From the NCBI GenBank assembly GCA_963726455.1, contig CAVSCK010000005.1:160001-224000 (forward strand): a stretch of 64,000 bases of DNA, given 5' to 3'. This stretch comes from an uncultured bacterium. Its GTDB lineage: Bacteria > Zixibacteria > MSB-5A5 > CAIYYT01. Of the stretch, positions 46,876-57,457 are shown in pieces. The notes under the pieces are model-generated. The model searched no databases. It saw only the letters and a list, made by a program, of their open reading frames with translations, and was not told the origin of the DNA. The position numbers and the translations under genes are program-made. How positions within the stretch are numbered: position 1 is the first letter of the stretch; every line of letters starts with the position of its first letter.

Positions 46876-47600
46876 ATGATTCAAATGAATCCGAGCAGAA
46901 ATACTTGCATCGGAATTGCTTGGCACTTTTCTCGTGGCCAAGGTAAACGCCGTACCCGGATAACACTTAGGCGAAATTCTCGGGAGGGAAACTGCCGATG
47001 GGCGTTAAGCCGGCGAGCGAAAACTCTTGGACGATCTGGTTGGGAAAGGATCGCGCACGCCGCAATGGACCCGATAGCTCAAGTGCCATCTACGATCGCA
47101 AAAGTGGCCTGGTACGTGCTTCGGGAGAAGTTCAGTTTACTGCAATTCACGGTCAACTGCAGGAGGTCACGATACGACGGTCGATCCTACTCGACCTTCG
47201 CCGACGGAGTCGCAGGATCACTGGCGCCGGCGACAGCGAAAGTGTCCAAAACGGACTCCCTGAAAACAATCGCCGGCCACCGCTGTCGGCTGTTTCTTGA
47301 GCACATCAAAACTCCCTCCGGTTCCGAAAGCACCGCCGGAGATCTGCAAGTTTGGGCGACCACTGATATCGCCTATGACAAGGACTATACAACACGATCG
47401 AGAACGTCCCTCCGCAAGGTCGCCCTTACAAACAGCAGGACACGGAGGAACTGAAGATCGAAGGAATCGCGGTCTTATCAAATAGTAATGCGCGGAACTG
47501 GCTGCCATTGACAATTTAGAATTCGAATCAATCGAGGAGCTGATCGAGTCCGGGAAAAGGATGCGCCTGCAGGGTGGTTTGCTATACCGTCGGATTACAA
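46876..47600 (+). pseudogene. Frameshifted DUF4412/GLPGLI-like secreted protein
   Basis: AGGAGG RBS; KTDSLKTIAGHRC..QVWATTDI matches the paralog 48577..49323; fragments lie in several frames. Confidence 0.55.
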
Positions 47601-47658
47601 TGGTACAAGGGCGGGGAGTAACGCCGCATCGCAGGTTCGCAGTGCACTCGCCTTTGGA

Positions 47659-48132
47659 ATGGTACTGCCAGCTACGAATGATATGACGATGTTTTGGCAC
47701 GGGACAAAAGATCTGGCCGGTGAGGCGAAGAGTTCGCCGCTAACCTTGGCGGTGTTCTTCTCATCGGGTACACGGTGTCCCTCAAGACTAATGGAGATCA
47801 AGGCCTATGAGCGGTTGCTGCCCGTGTTTCGGGAGCGCGGACAGCGCATAGTCGGGGTCGCCTGTCCCAAGGATTCGATTATGATTTGCGAACTACTGTC
47901 GGCGGAGTCACTTCACATTCCGCTCGTAATCTACGATCCGGAAGGATCGGATCTTGGGCTGACATTCGAGCAGATGGGAATCGCGCCGGATAATATGCCC
48001 TTCAAGATTGCGTATGATTCAACGTTTACGGCTATCTACATGCGCGGCGCCGACTACACGCCGGAAAGTCAGAAGGAGTTCGAGACGGCGATGCTTAGAC
48101 TCAGTGAGGCGGTAGCGTCAGGGTGTCTGTGA
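47659..48132 (+). CDS. Redoxin/thioredoxin-fold-like protein (N-terminus probably frameshifted)
   Basis: LAVFFSSGTRCPS..EI, IVGV, P motif; no CxxC. Confidence 0.45.
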   Translation: MVLPATNDMTMFWHGTKDLAGEAKSSPLTLAVFFSSGTRCPSRLMEIKAYERLLPVFRERGQRIVGVACPKDSIMICELLSAESLHIPLVIYDPEGSDLGLTFEQMGIAPDNMPFKIAYDSTFTAIYMRGADYTPESQKEFETAMLRLSEAVASGCL

Positions 48133-48187
48133 CAAAACCCGGAGGAATGGTCGAATGAAAATAGCTGTAGATAGACAGGAGTAGCAG

Positions 48188-48445
48188 ATGTTCAAGAACT
48201 GGGGTCCCAATTCCACTTATGGCTACAAAATCGGCAGCATAATGGGTCTGATCGGAGGAATTGGATTAGCGGTCGTACCAGGCTGGATTGCCTTTGCCAT
48301 AGCGACCGGGGCTGCGGCTGTCGTGCCGATTCCGAACAGGCCGCGAACGTTCTGGCAAGTGGTGTTGTCTGTAGCAGCGATGGGCATAGTTGGCGGAGCC
48401 ATTGGCGAACTGGTTGCAAGACTGTTTCCTCATTTGACGAGTTGA
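48188..48445 (+). CDS. Small 3-TM membrane protein, paralog of 44521..44772
   Basis: AGGAG RBS; W.A...A..AA..V..P....TFWQV pattern. Confidence 0.65.
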   Translation: MFKNWGPNSTYGYKIGSIMGLIGGIGLAVVPGWIAFAIATGAAAVVPIPNRPRTFWQVVLSVAAMGIVGGAIGELVARLFPHLTS

Positions 48446-48576
48446 GCCGCGCAGTCTGTAGATATTCAAACACCAGGTCGGAGCATAAATTCTCCGACCT
48501 TTTTAATCAAAGACACAGTTGCCGCAAGATTACGGCCTGAGTAGAAGAGACTAATTTCCGAATAGGAGTCAATTGT

Positions 48577-49323
48577 ATGTCCTCAAAATCTATTCTTCTT
48601 CTGACAGCAGCAATGATATTTGCCGCATCGCAATTATCAGCCGGAGAAGCGACGAAAAGCGTGCGGCTCAGATATGCGAACAGTATACCAGAGATGAATA
48701 TTGGCGGCATGACCATGCCGGCGCGAGTTGATACGATGACGTATTGGGTCACTACCGGGGCATCCAGAGTTGACATGGTCAATGGGACATCGACCATATA
48801 TAATGCCAAGACCGGACATTGCTACCGGCTCTACACCAAATTCAAGTTCTACCAGGACATGAACCCCGGAGGCGCAGCGAGTGATTCCTTCAATCTCTTC
48901 AGGGAAGGATTGCAGGAGATGCGACCCCAGTTGAAGTCGCAACTGACGCCCACGGATTCGTTCAAAGTCATCAAGGGTTATCGTTGCCGTATGTATCTGA
49001 TGGATTCTCGAGCGCCCGAGTTAATGATGACACAGTCGTCGGAGATCTGGGCCACCGAGGACATCAAAGTTGATACAACCGTGTGGCACGGAATCTTCAC
49101 CCGAGGCGTATCCTCAGATAATGGTTTCGCGAAATGGGGAAAGGAATTCGACAAGATTGACGGAGTGATTGTGCTACAAGTCAGCAAAGTTGCGGTAAAC
49201 AGCGAGGCGATCAAGTTGCCATCATCAACGAGTACCTTCGAGTTGATCGACGTCGCGGAACAGCAGGCGCCGGTGGGTTACTATGAACTTCCCAACGATT
49301 ACGAGGTCAAACCGGGAGAGTAG
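48577..49323 (+). CDS. DUF4412-like secreted protein
   Basis: Signal peptide; KVIKGYRC..Y..EIWATEDI; APVGYYELPNDY. Confidence 0.7.
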   Translation: MSSKSILLLTAAMIFAASQLSAGEATKSVRLRYANSIPEMNIGGMTMPARVDTMTYWVTTGASRVDMVNGTSTIYNAKTGHCYRLYTKFKFYQDMNPGGAASDSFNLFREGLQEMRPQLKSQLTPTDSFKVIKGYRCRMYLMDSRAPELMMTQSSEIWATEDIKVDTTVWHGIFTRGVSSDNGFAKWGKEFDKIDGVIVLQVSKVAVNSEAIKLPSSTSTFELIDVAEQQAPVGYYELPNDYEVKPGE

Positions 49324-49326
49324 CCG

Positions 49327-50079
49327 TCAGAGTTTCGTGATTTCGCCGATGTTGTTGCAGATGCGGGTCGGGCGATAGGGATAGCGCTTGACCTCATCGG
49401 CTGAAGTAACGCCCGACAGAACCAGTATCGTCTCCATACCGGATTGGATGCCGGCGATGATGTCCGTCTCCATGTTGTCGCCGATCATGACGGTATTCTC
49501 GGAGTGAGCGCCGATCTGGCGCAACGCCGCGCGCATCATGTAGGGATTAGGTTTGCCGATGTAGAACGGATGGATTCCGGTGACACGTTCGATCGGCGCC
49601 GCCAGCGCGCCGCAGGACGGAAAGCCGGAGGGACCGGAGACATCGGGATTGGTAGCGATGAAACGGGCGCCGTGGCGAATCAGGTGAATGGCCTTCTCGA
49701 TCATTTCGAAATTGTAGGAGCGCGTCTCGCCGAGGACGACATAATCGGGATTCTGCTCCGTGACCATGAAACCCTCTTGATATAGAGCATGCGTCAATGC
49801 GCCTTCCCCGATGACAAAGACTTTATCGCCCGCAGCTTGAGACTTGAGGAAAGCCGCAGTCGCCAAGGCCGACGTATAGAAATGCTCGGCAGCAACATTG
49901 AGTCCTGCGAGTTTGACTCGATGCTGCAGGTCGCCGGGAGTCAGCGACGGGTAATTCGTGAGGAACAGGAACGGATTTCCTTCCCTCTCGAGCATATCAA
50001 CGAACTTCGTAGCGCCTTCGATCAGATTGTTATCCCAGATGATGACGCCATCCATATCGCATAATACTGACTTGATCAT
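49327..50079 (-). CDS. nagD: HAD-IIA hydrolase NagD
   Basis: DMDGV, FLTN, IATNPD, GKPN, IGDNMETDI, VLSGVT. Confidence 0.92.
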   Translation of the reverse strand: MIKSVLCDMDGVIIWDNNLIEGATKFVDMLEREGNPFLFLTNYPSLTPGDLQHRVKLAGLNVAAEHFYTSALATAAFLKSQAAGDKVFVIGEGALTHALYQEGFMVTEQNPDYVVLGETRSYNFEMIEKAIHLIRHGARFIATNPDVSGPSGFPSCGALAAPIERVTGIHPFYIGKPNPYMMRAALRQIGAHSENTVMIGDNMETDIIAGIQSGMETILVLSGVTSADEVKRYPYRPTRICNNIGEITKL

Positions 50080-50381
50080 CGCGTGATTCCTCGCAGTCAA
50101 ACGAGACTTATTCAACCAGGCATACGTCGTGGTGCAACGCGACGCGATGGTCATATTAGGGCAAAAGACCGTGAAGTCAATAAATACGTTGAACGTTCAC
50201 GGCACTTGTTCGTAAGATGAAGAAGAGCGAGAGGGCGGGCTATTACGAAGACGCTTTCGGTACGGTTTTGTCGGTACGTTAAGGAGCCCTCGCCATTAGT
50301 GACGTTGTTGCGAAGAAGACCAAGGTCCTCTTCAGTCCGAATATATTTCGAATCCCGGATCTGAAATCCGGAGACCTGCGG

Positions 50382-51959
50382 TTGTGGAATCGACACGGTC
50401 GCGTGCCGATCTATTTCTCCCTCCTGCTGATACACATTTTACTTGCAGTGGTCTTTCTACTGAATCGCGAACCGGGCACCAATGCAGCGGTAACCGGGTT
50501 TCCGCTGGACGATGCCTGGATCCATCTGGTGTATGGTCAGTCGATCGCGCATTCGGGTCTCCCCTATTACAATGCCGGCGAATTGGAAGCAGGATTTACG
50601 AGTCCCGTGTGGATCGGCGTGTTGGGAGTTGCGGAGTTTGTCGGAGGGGTGCTGCCCATTTCGGCGGTGATGCTGGTCAAAATGTTTGGCGTACTGTGCG
50701 GCTGGTTTATGAGCATCGGTATGTATGAATTGTGTCGGCGAATCATCAAGCAGCAGGCTGCGGCAATACTCGGAGGCGTGATGATAGCAGCATACCCGGC
50801 GTTTGCATTCGCGCAGTTGTCGGGGATGGAGGTCTGCCTCGCGACCGCTTTGACGTTGTGGGCAGTGGTACTGTGGTTGGATGGCAGATTCTGGCGCAGC
50901 GGAATTCTGTTGGCGCTGTCATATTTGACGCGACCGGAGACGATAATTCTGACGGCAGTCATCGCCGTTGCACAGACAGTGAGTCTATCTGGCGATGTGA
51001 TTGGAACCAGGGTGAGGAAGTTAGTGAAACTGGTGGCGCCCGTTGCCCTTGCGGGAGCATTGTGGTGCGTCTATTGCCTTATCGTGACTGGCCACCCGCT
51101 GCCGAACACATTCTATGCCAAATTCAACGCCGGAAACTTCGCAGTCTGGTTTGGAAATTTGCTCAGCAGCATTGTGATCCAGATGCCGACTATGTTTGTG
51201 TTCGCGGGAGTGCTGGCCTATGTGATCGGCCTGGTGGTTATGTGGCGTAAGAAAACGTGGAAGACACTTGTAGTGGTAGCGTATCCGTGGGTCTTCCTGG
51301 CGAGCATTGCGATGTCCAGAGAGATGCCTTCGATGTGTGGTAGCTATTTCTATTGGCTACGGTACGCATTACCGGCAATGCCGTTCATCTTGGCCATAAT
51401 GGTGACAGGAGTCAGCGCCATTTGGCAACCGGAACAGGCGGGGATTTCGATGAATTGGTGGCTGGGGCATGAACGTTGGTGGAAGATAGCTGCCGTCACG
51501 CTGGCCGTGTTGCTCTTTACGAAGTATCCGACCACGATGGCGCGTGAAAGATCGCAGTTTGCCTGGAATTGCCAGAACATCAATGAAGTGCAGGTCGAAT
51601 TCGGGAAATGGGTCAAGCGAACAGTGCCGAGGGAGGCAGCGGTGTTGGTTAATGACGCGGGAGCAATTCGGTATTTCGGCGAACACAAGACGATCGATTT
51701 AGGAGGACTGAACAATCAGCAGTTGCTGTTCGATCTTAGCTTGTGGAGAGATGTCTCTCAAAAACCGGAGTCGCTGGTGGAATATATGCGCAGACAAAAG
51801 GCCGATTATTTCGTTGCGATCCCGAGCTGGTTCCCGGTACTGTTAAACGACCAGGGATTTGGCCAGAGGTTTGTGCCGGTCAAGGAACTGGGGAGCAGCC
51901 GTTATACGATTACATCATTTCCTCAAAGTCAAATGATCGCATTCGGGCTGCACGGTTAA
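50382..51959 (+). CDS. GT-C superfamily membrane glycosyltransferase-like protein
   Basis: DDAWIH after TM1, SGME, TRPE, PLPNTFYAK, DAGAIRY; multiple TMs. Confidence 0.8.
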   Translation: MWNRHGRVPIYFSLLLIHILLAVVFLLNREPGTNAAVTGFPLDDAWIHLVYGQSIAHSGLPYYNAGELEAGFTSPVWIGVLGVAEFVGGVLPISAVMLVKMFGVLCGWFMSIGMYELCRRIIKQQAAAILGGVMIAAYPAFAFAQLSGMEVCLATALTLWAVVLWLDGRFWRSGILLALSYLTRPETIILTAVIAVAQTVSLSGDVIGTRVRKLVKLVAPVALAGALWCVYCLIVTGHPLPNTFYAKFNAGNFAVWFGNLLSSIVIQMPTMFVFAGVLAYVIGLVVMWRKKTWKTLVVVAYPWVFLASIAMSREMPSMCGSYFYWLRYALPAMPFILAIMVTGVSAIWQPEQAGISMNWWLGHERWWKIAAVTLAVLLFTKYPTTMARERSQFAWNCQNINEVQVEFGKWVKRTVPREAAVLVNDAGAIRYFGEHKTIDLGGLNNQQLLFDLSLWRDVSQKPESLVEYMRRQKADYFVAIPSWFPVLLNDQGFGQRFVPVKELGSSRYTITSFPQSQMIAFGLHG

Positions 51960-52649
51960 CAGTCCGTCCCCCCTTGCCGAATGAATTTACCAAATTAGCC
52001 GGCATTTTCTGAACCATCGCATTTTCAGGTCGACAGTTGCATTAGAAAGTGACTGATAACATGACTGCGAATGGATTAATGATGGAGCATGACCTGCTAT
52101 ATCGAAAGGCCTTCCGAGAATATCTGAACGATGATCTCGAGGCGGCAAGAAGTACCGCGACGCAGGCATTTCAAAAGGCGCTGGATTCACGACGATCGTG
52201 CGGTAAGTCCATGCCGACGCGGCGGTTCTGCTGTCGTGCGGGGATACTGCTGCAGGCGATAGAATGGCGATCACTATTGGCACAAGATAGGTGACACCAT
52301 ACGGAACGGGTCGGCAGGACCGCTCCCCCTTTCGGACTGCCGACCTGGTTCTGAGTTGCGAGGAGCGTATCGGACGGGTTACGGGCCGGAGCGGGACTGA
52401 CAAAACATGATGGGGTGCGCAGAATAAGGCGGGGAACTAACTACCAGCCGTCCTGGTTGGGGACAATTTCCACGAATAGTGGCAAATCTCAAACGCATAC
52501 TGTCTGGATTTCGTTTTGCTTTCATCGTCAGATGAGGAAGGCGGCAGCCGGCTGATTCTTTCGCTGAAGCATGCGTATGACCGGCAAGTCGATTCCGTTT
52601 ACTTCGGAGATTAACGCTGAGGAAAAAGTGAAAGGCGAGGAGACAAGAT

Positions 52650-53558
52650 ATGCCTAAGATCACGACACATTTGTGGTATGACAAAGAAGCCAAGGAAGCC
52701 GCCGAGTTCTACACATCAGTATTCAAAGACTCGAAGATCAAGAGCTCAACAACGCTGCATAACTCACACTCCGGCACGATAGACATTGTAAGCATCGAAG
52801 TGATGGGACAGGATTTCACTCTTCTGAGCGCCGGTCCGTTATTCAAATTCAATCCGTCCATATCATTTCTGGTCGCCTGTGAGACGAAGGACGAGGTGGA
52901 TACGCTGTGGAAGAAGCTTTCCCCGGGCGGTTCGCCACTCATGGAGCTTGGCGAGTATCCCTTCAGCGCCCGCTACGGATGGTTGCGGGACAAGTACGGC
53001 CTATCCTGGCAGTTGATTTTCATCGGCAACCTCAACATCAAGCAGCGCATCACACCGACGCTGATGTTTGTCGGCAATCAGTGCGGCAAAGTCGAAGAAG
53101 CGATCAACTTTTACGCGTCAGTGTTCCACAATTCGAAACTCGGCGACATCCTCCGCTATGGAGAGGGGCAGGGTCCCGACAAGCCAGGTACAGTCGCGCA
53201 CGCCGCATTTACGCTGGAAGGACAAGAGTTTGCGGCGATGGACAGCGCCCTTGAGCACAACTTTGCCTTCAACGAAGCCATCTCTTTAATGGTGCACTGT
53301 AAGACGCAGGAAGAAATCGATTACTACTGGGGAAAACTCTCGGCAGTTCCAAAGGCGGAACAGTGTGGCTGGCTCAAAGACAAATACGGCGTCTCCTGGC
53401 AGATCGTGCCTACCGTTATGAACGAGATGTTCAAGGAAAAAGACGGCAGGAAATTGGCGCGAGTGATGGAGGCGTTTCTCAAAATGAAGAAATTTGACAT
53501 CGCGGCCTTGGAGGACGCCTTCGAAGGTCGTGAAATGAAACGGCCAATACATCAGTAA
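52650..53558 (+). CDS. Tandem VOC/PhnB (3-demethylubiquinone-9 3-methyltransferase-like) protein
   Basis: Two repeats ending GWLRDKYGLSWQ and GWLKDKYGVSWQ. Confidence 0.9.
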   Translation: MPKITTHLWYDKEAKEAAEFYTSVFKDSKIKSSTTLHNSHSGTIDIVSIEVMGQDFTLLSAGPLFKFNPSISFLVACETKDEVDTLWKKLSPGGSPLMELGEYPFSARYGWLRDKYGLSWQLIFIGNLNIKQRITPTLMFVGNQCGKVEEAINFYASVFHNSKLGDILRYGEGQGPDKPGTVAHAAFTLEGQEFAAMDSALEHNFAFNEAISLMVHCKTQEEIDYYWGKLSAVPKAEQCGWLKDKYGVSWQIVPTVMNEMFKEKDGRKLARVMEAFLKMKKFDIAALEDAFEGREMKRPIHQ

Positions 53559-53573
53559 CACACGGAGGAGAAA

Positions 53574-54044
53574 ATGACGAGACTAAACATCTACCTCAAT
53601 TTCGCGGGAAACACGGAAGAAGCGTTCAACTTCTACAAATCAGTTTTCGGCGGAAATTTCTCGCAGGTGGTTCGATTCAAAGACATGCCCATGCCGGGCA
53701 CGAACTTTCCCAAAGAGAGTGAAGACAAGATTATGTACATGGACCTGCCGATCAACAAGGACACGATTCTGATGGGTACCGATGCCTTGGAATCCCATGG
53801 GCATAAGATGACGCAGGGGAACAATGTTCACATATCGATACATCCCGACAGTAAAGAAGAAGCCGACAGAATATTCAGTGCGCTGTCCAAGAGCGGTGCT
53901 GTGGAGATGCCGATAGCCGATCAAGCCTGGGGTACCTACTGGGGTAACTTCACGGATAAGTTCGGCGTGCATTGGATGGTGAACTATGCCAAAGCAACCA
54001 ATGAGGTGAAGTCGGCGGAACGGCAGACGTCCAAAGTGCGATAA
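53574..54044 (+). CDS. VOC/PhnB family protein
   Basis: YLNFAGNTEEAFNFYKSVFGG..DKFGVHWMVN. Confidence 0.9.
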   Translation: MTRLNIYLNFAGNTEEAFNFYKSVFGGNFSQVVRFKDMPMPGTNFPKESEDKIMYMDLPINKDTILMGTDALESHGHKMTQGNNVHISIHPDSKEEADRIFSALSKSGAVEMPIADQAWGTYWGNFTDKFGVHWMVNYAKATNEVKSAERQTSKVR

Positions 54045-54062
54045 GTTACGAGTTTGGGCGCA

Positions 54063-54292
54063 GTAGGTCAGGGAGCCCGACATCGAGTTCGTGATGTCTG
54101 ATTGCCGTACATAACTGCGTTCCGGCAAAGAAGCTATCGATCCTGTCTCGAAGGGCTCTTGACAATTCGGGCTTTCGCCTCACGAAGTCAAGTCGTCAGG
54201 AGCCCTATTTCGCAGGTCACTCTTATTACCGCAAATTTCGAAGTTGGCTTTGGAAGCAACTACCCAAAATTCCGCCGGGCTCGCTGACCTAC
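54063..54292. repeat. REP-like nested inverted repeats between convergent genes
   Basis: GTAGGTCAGGGAGCCC ... GGGCTCTTGAC ... GTCAGGAGCCC ... GGGCTCGCTGACCTAC. Confidence 0.55.
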
Positions 54293-54357
54293 GACAATAC
54301 ATTAGTGATTGGTCGCGGACGCAGGAAGTCCTAATGTCTGCCACAACTTTGTATGAT

Positions 54358-55029
54358 CTATTCGAGTTGCGTGAGGCCTTCGCGGATGGCGTACTTGGTG
54401 AGTTCGGCGATCGTGTGCAAATCGAGTTTATCCATGATCTGTTTGCGGTGGGTCTCGATAGTCTTGACGCTGATATTAAGAGCCGCCGCGATCTCCTTGG
54501 TGTTTTTGCCCTCGGCGAGCAGTTGGAGCACTTCCCGTTCGCGTGAACTGAGTTGAGTGTAGACTGTAGTTTCAGCGCCTTTGGCGAGTTGAATATAATC
54601 CTCGACAACGATATTGGTGATTTTGCGGCTGAGATAGACCTGGTTGCCGGTCACGGCGACGATGGCGTCCATCAATTCCTCGACGGCAGAATCTTTTAGC
54701 AGATAGCCGCGCGCGCCGGCCTTAAGCGCCTCGATAACGAAACGGCGGTCGGCGTGCATCGACAGCACGATGATTCGAATCGGTGTTTCCTGTGCGAGAA
54801 TCTGGCGCGTGGCCTCGATGCCATTGAGTTTGGGCATAGTGACATCCATCAAGATAACATCGGGTTTAAGTTGCTGAGCCAATTGAACGGCTGAAGCGCC
54901 GTCCTCTGCTTCGCCCACAATTTCGATTCCGGGTTGTTTGCTCAAGAGCGAGTGCAAACCGTGACGGAAAAGGCCGTGATCATCGGCTAGCAGCAGGCGA
55001 GTGACAGCACTACCGGGACGCGAATTCAC
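54358..55029 (-). CDS. NarL/LuxR-family response regulator
   Basis: LADDH, LMDVTMP, LSSREREVL, TIETHRKQIMDKL. Confidence 0.95.
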   Translation of the reverse strand: MNSRPGSAVTRLLLADDHGLFRHGLHSLLSKQPGIEIVGEAEDGASAVQLAQQLKPDVILMDVTMPKLNGIEATRQILAQETPIRIIVLSMHADRRFVIEALKAGARGYLLKDSAVEELMDAIVAVTGNQVYLSRKITNIVVEDYIQLAKGAETTVYTQLSSREREVLQLLAEGKNTKEIAAALNISVKTIETHRKQIMDKLDLHTIAELTKYAIREGLTQLE

Positions 55030-56210
55030 ACCGGCACTCCAATCGTTACGGTCGTGCCCCGGCCTTTGCGCGATTCGATCTGGAATTTGCCATCGAGGAA
55101 ACGCATGCGTTCTTTGACACTGAACAATCCAAATGCCTTGCTGTCGTGAGCTCCGGTATCAAGATGCCGGGTGTCAAAGCCGATGCCGTTGTCGGCTACG
55201 GATACGGAGAAGTGTCCATCATTGCCCGACAAGCTGATTGTGACTTGATCGGCGCAGGCATGTTTGGCGACGTTGGTAAGCAGCTCGTGAATGCATTTGA
55301 ACAGGACGACCTGTACTTCCTCTGCCAACACGGTGCCGTTTGTATGAGATGCCACTTGGGCGGAAAAACCGTGCTTTTGTTCAAACTGCTCTGCCAGCCA
55401 CTCGATGGCGGCTTCCAGGCCGAGTTCGTAAAGAATCGGCGGGCTGATCTCGAAGGTCAGGTTGCGCGTGTACTGAATTGTTTTGTCCAGCAATGAAAGG
55501 ATTTCCTGAATGTTTTGTTCGTAGTCGGAGAATGCCTTGTCGGTTCGGAACTCGCTTACGCGCATACGGATGAAAGCCAGCGACTGGCCGATATGATCAT
55601 GCAGGTCGGCGGCGATAGCCCGGCGTTCGCGCTCCTCTGCCAACGACAGTTCGGAATTGAGTTGACGCAGTTGTTCCTGATAGGCGGTGATCTGACGCTG
55701 GGCGCGTTCCTGTTCGCGCAGTTGTTCCTGCAGGGCTTTGTTAGTGGCGCGCAAGTCGACGGTGCGGTCGCGCACCTGGCGCTCAAGTTCATCGTGCGCG
55801 TTGCGGAGGGCTTCATCAGCGAGCCGGTGCTGGAAGTACGAGCGCAACATCTCGGCAATTGATTCGATGAGTTCGCGTTCTTCGGCCAGAAATGGACCGT
55901 CGACTTCGGCAGGCCGGGCTTCCAGATAGCGGACCTCGATCATTCCCGTTTCGCCGGTCGGAATGGCAAATTCAGCCGTTTGAACCCAGGGTGAGTAGGC
56001 GTAATTGTTGGTCGCGCAATCAACGTGCAGGAAGCGAATGCGGACGGCGGTGATTTCCGGAAATTGCCAGGCGCTGCGCAGCGACGCAACCAGCTCGTTG
56101 ATGACCGTGGTTGCCGAGCGATGGTTGTCCTGCAGGAGGCGCGCGGTGCGATGCAGAGCGGTCAATTCCTTGACGCGTTCGCCGAGTTTGTGCAAAAGGT
56201 CGTCTCTCAC
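55026..56210 (-). CDS. Cytoplasmic HisKA_3 sensor histidine kinase
   Basis: ERRAIAADLHDHIGQ, ELLTNVAKHA, DNGIGF, GRGT; no TM. Confidence 0.92.
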   Translation of the reverse strand: MRDDLLHKLGERVKELTALHRTARLLQDNHRSATTVINELVASLRSAWQFPEITAVRIRFLHVDCATNNYAYSPWVQTAEFAIPTGETGMIEVRYLEARPAEVDGPFLAEERELIESIAEMLRSYFQHRLADEALRNAHDELERQVRDRTVDLRATNKALQEQLREQERAQRQITAYQEQLRQLNSELSLAEERERRAIAADLHDHIGQSLAFIRMRVSEFRTDKAFSDYEQNIQEILSLLDKTIQYTRNLTFEISPPILYELGLEAAIEWLAEQFEQKHGFSAQVASHTNGTVLAEEVQVVLFKCIHELLTNVAKHACADQVTISLSGNDGHFSVSVADNGIGFDTRHLDTGAHDSKAFGLFSVKERMRFLDGKFQIESRKGRGTTVTIGVPV

Positions 56211-56599
56211 ATACCCAGTATAGCAAACGGCGCGGTCACGGGCAACCAGTCAGATAAGGGATTGCGAAGTCCAAAATCAGGATTTCCCTGATTGCCCTGA
56301 GACGTTTTCCGATGGAAATTTGGGCAGTTTTTGGATCAGTGGTTGGTCCCGATCCAAAGATGGCGACTGGCAACCTGTGCCGGGAGGGTGAATGTGTAAA
56401 GAGTTAACTCGCATCAGAAACTTACACTTCATCCGTACCCTCTCCGGCACGCGGTTGTCGGTTTTTTTCAACTAGTTGCCGAGCTCTGTCGAAACCCCCG
56501 CGAATGTACTGCAACAAATAGGTTATTCAACCGCAAGGGGGTTTTGACTTTCCACCATACCAACAGGATAGAGAAAACGCCAGCGGGGGGCGCAGCGGG

Positions 56600-57457
56600 C
56601 TAGCGGTCGGGCAAGGTACCGTTGTCGGCGACGGCGAGTGGGTATGACCCGAGAATCTTCAGGTAGCTGGTTATCTCCTGCAAGTGATTGATGGCGTTGC
56701 GGGCGGCTTCATCGTCGACATGGCCGACGAAATCGAGATAGAAATAGTATTCCCAAACGCGTTTGCGCAACGGGCGCGATTCGATTTTTGTGAGGTCAAG
56801 ATCGCGCAGGGCAAATACTGAGAGGGCTTTGAAGAGCGCGCCGGGGACGTTCTTGAGTGAAAAGACAATCGAAGTCTTGCACGGGCGCGTTGGCGTAGCG
56901 GCTTGTTTCGAGAGAACCAGAAAACGGGTGAAGTTGTCCGGTTCGTCCTGAATGCCTTCGGCGATCAGATTCAGTCCGTAGTACTCGGCGGCAAATTTTC
57001 CGGCGATCGCAGCGGCGTTGGTAAGTACGCCTTCCTTGAGCATTTTGGCAGCCCCGGCAGTATCATAAGCAGCGACGGCTTTGTACTGTGGGTGTATGTC
57101 AAAGAAATGTTCGCATTGTTCGAGCGCCACCGGATGCGAATGGATGTTCTGCACGTCCGACAGCGCAACTCCGACAGGCGCCATGATGTAATGAACGATG
57201 CGCTGGCTCCTCTCCCCTATTACCAGCAGATCGTGCCTGAGCAGCAGATCGTAGTTTCGATGAATGCTCCCGACCAGCGAGTTTTCGATTGGCACTAATC
57301 CAAAGTCGGCCTTGCCCGCCTCGACCGACTCGAAGACATCCTCAAAGGCATGATACGGCAGCGGCTCGATATTGCCTTCGAAAAACGCCAGCGCCGCCTC
57401 ATGGGAGTAGGAACCGCATTCACCTTGAAACGATACTTTAGGCATAGTCTTAGTCAT
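56600..57457 (-). CDS. pheA: Prephenate dehydratase
   Basis: FQGECGSYS, PIENS, NFTRF, LTKIESRP, LGSYP. Confidence 0.95.
   Translation of the reverse strand: MTKTMPKVSFQGECGSYSHEAALAFFEGNIEPLPYHAFEDVFESVEAGKADFGLVPIENSLVGSIHRNYDLLLRHDLLVIGERSQRIVHYIMAPVGVALSDVQNIHSHPVALEQCEHFFDIHPQYKAVAAYDTAGAAKMLKEGVLTNAAAIAGKFAAEYYGLNLIAEGIQDEPDNFTRFLVLSKQAATPTRPCKTSIVFSLKNVPGALFKALSVFALRDLDLTKIESRPLRKRVWEYYFYLDFVGHVDDEAARNAINHLQEITSYLKILGSYPLAVADNGTLPDR

Noticed and set aside
52049-52294. Possible TPR-like gene fragment
   Set aside because: Too short and ambiguous to support a call.
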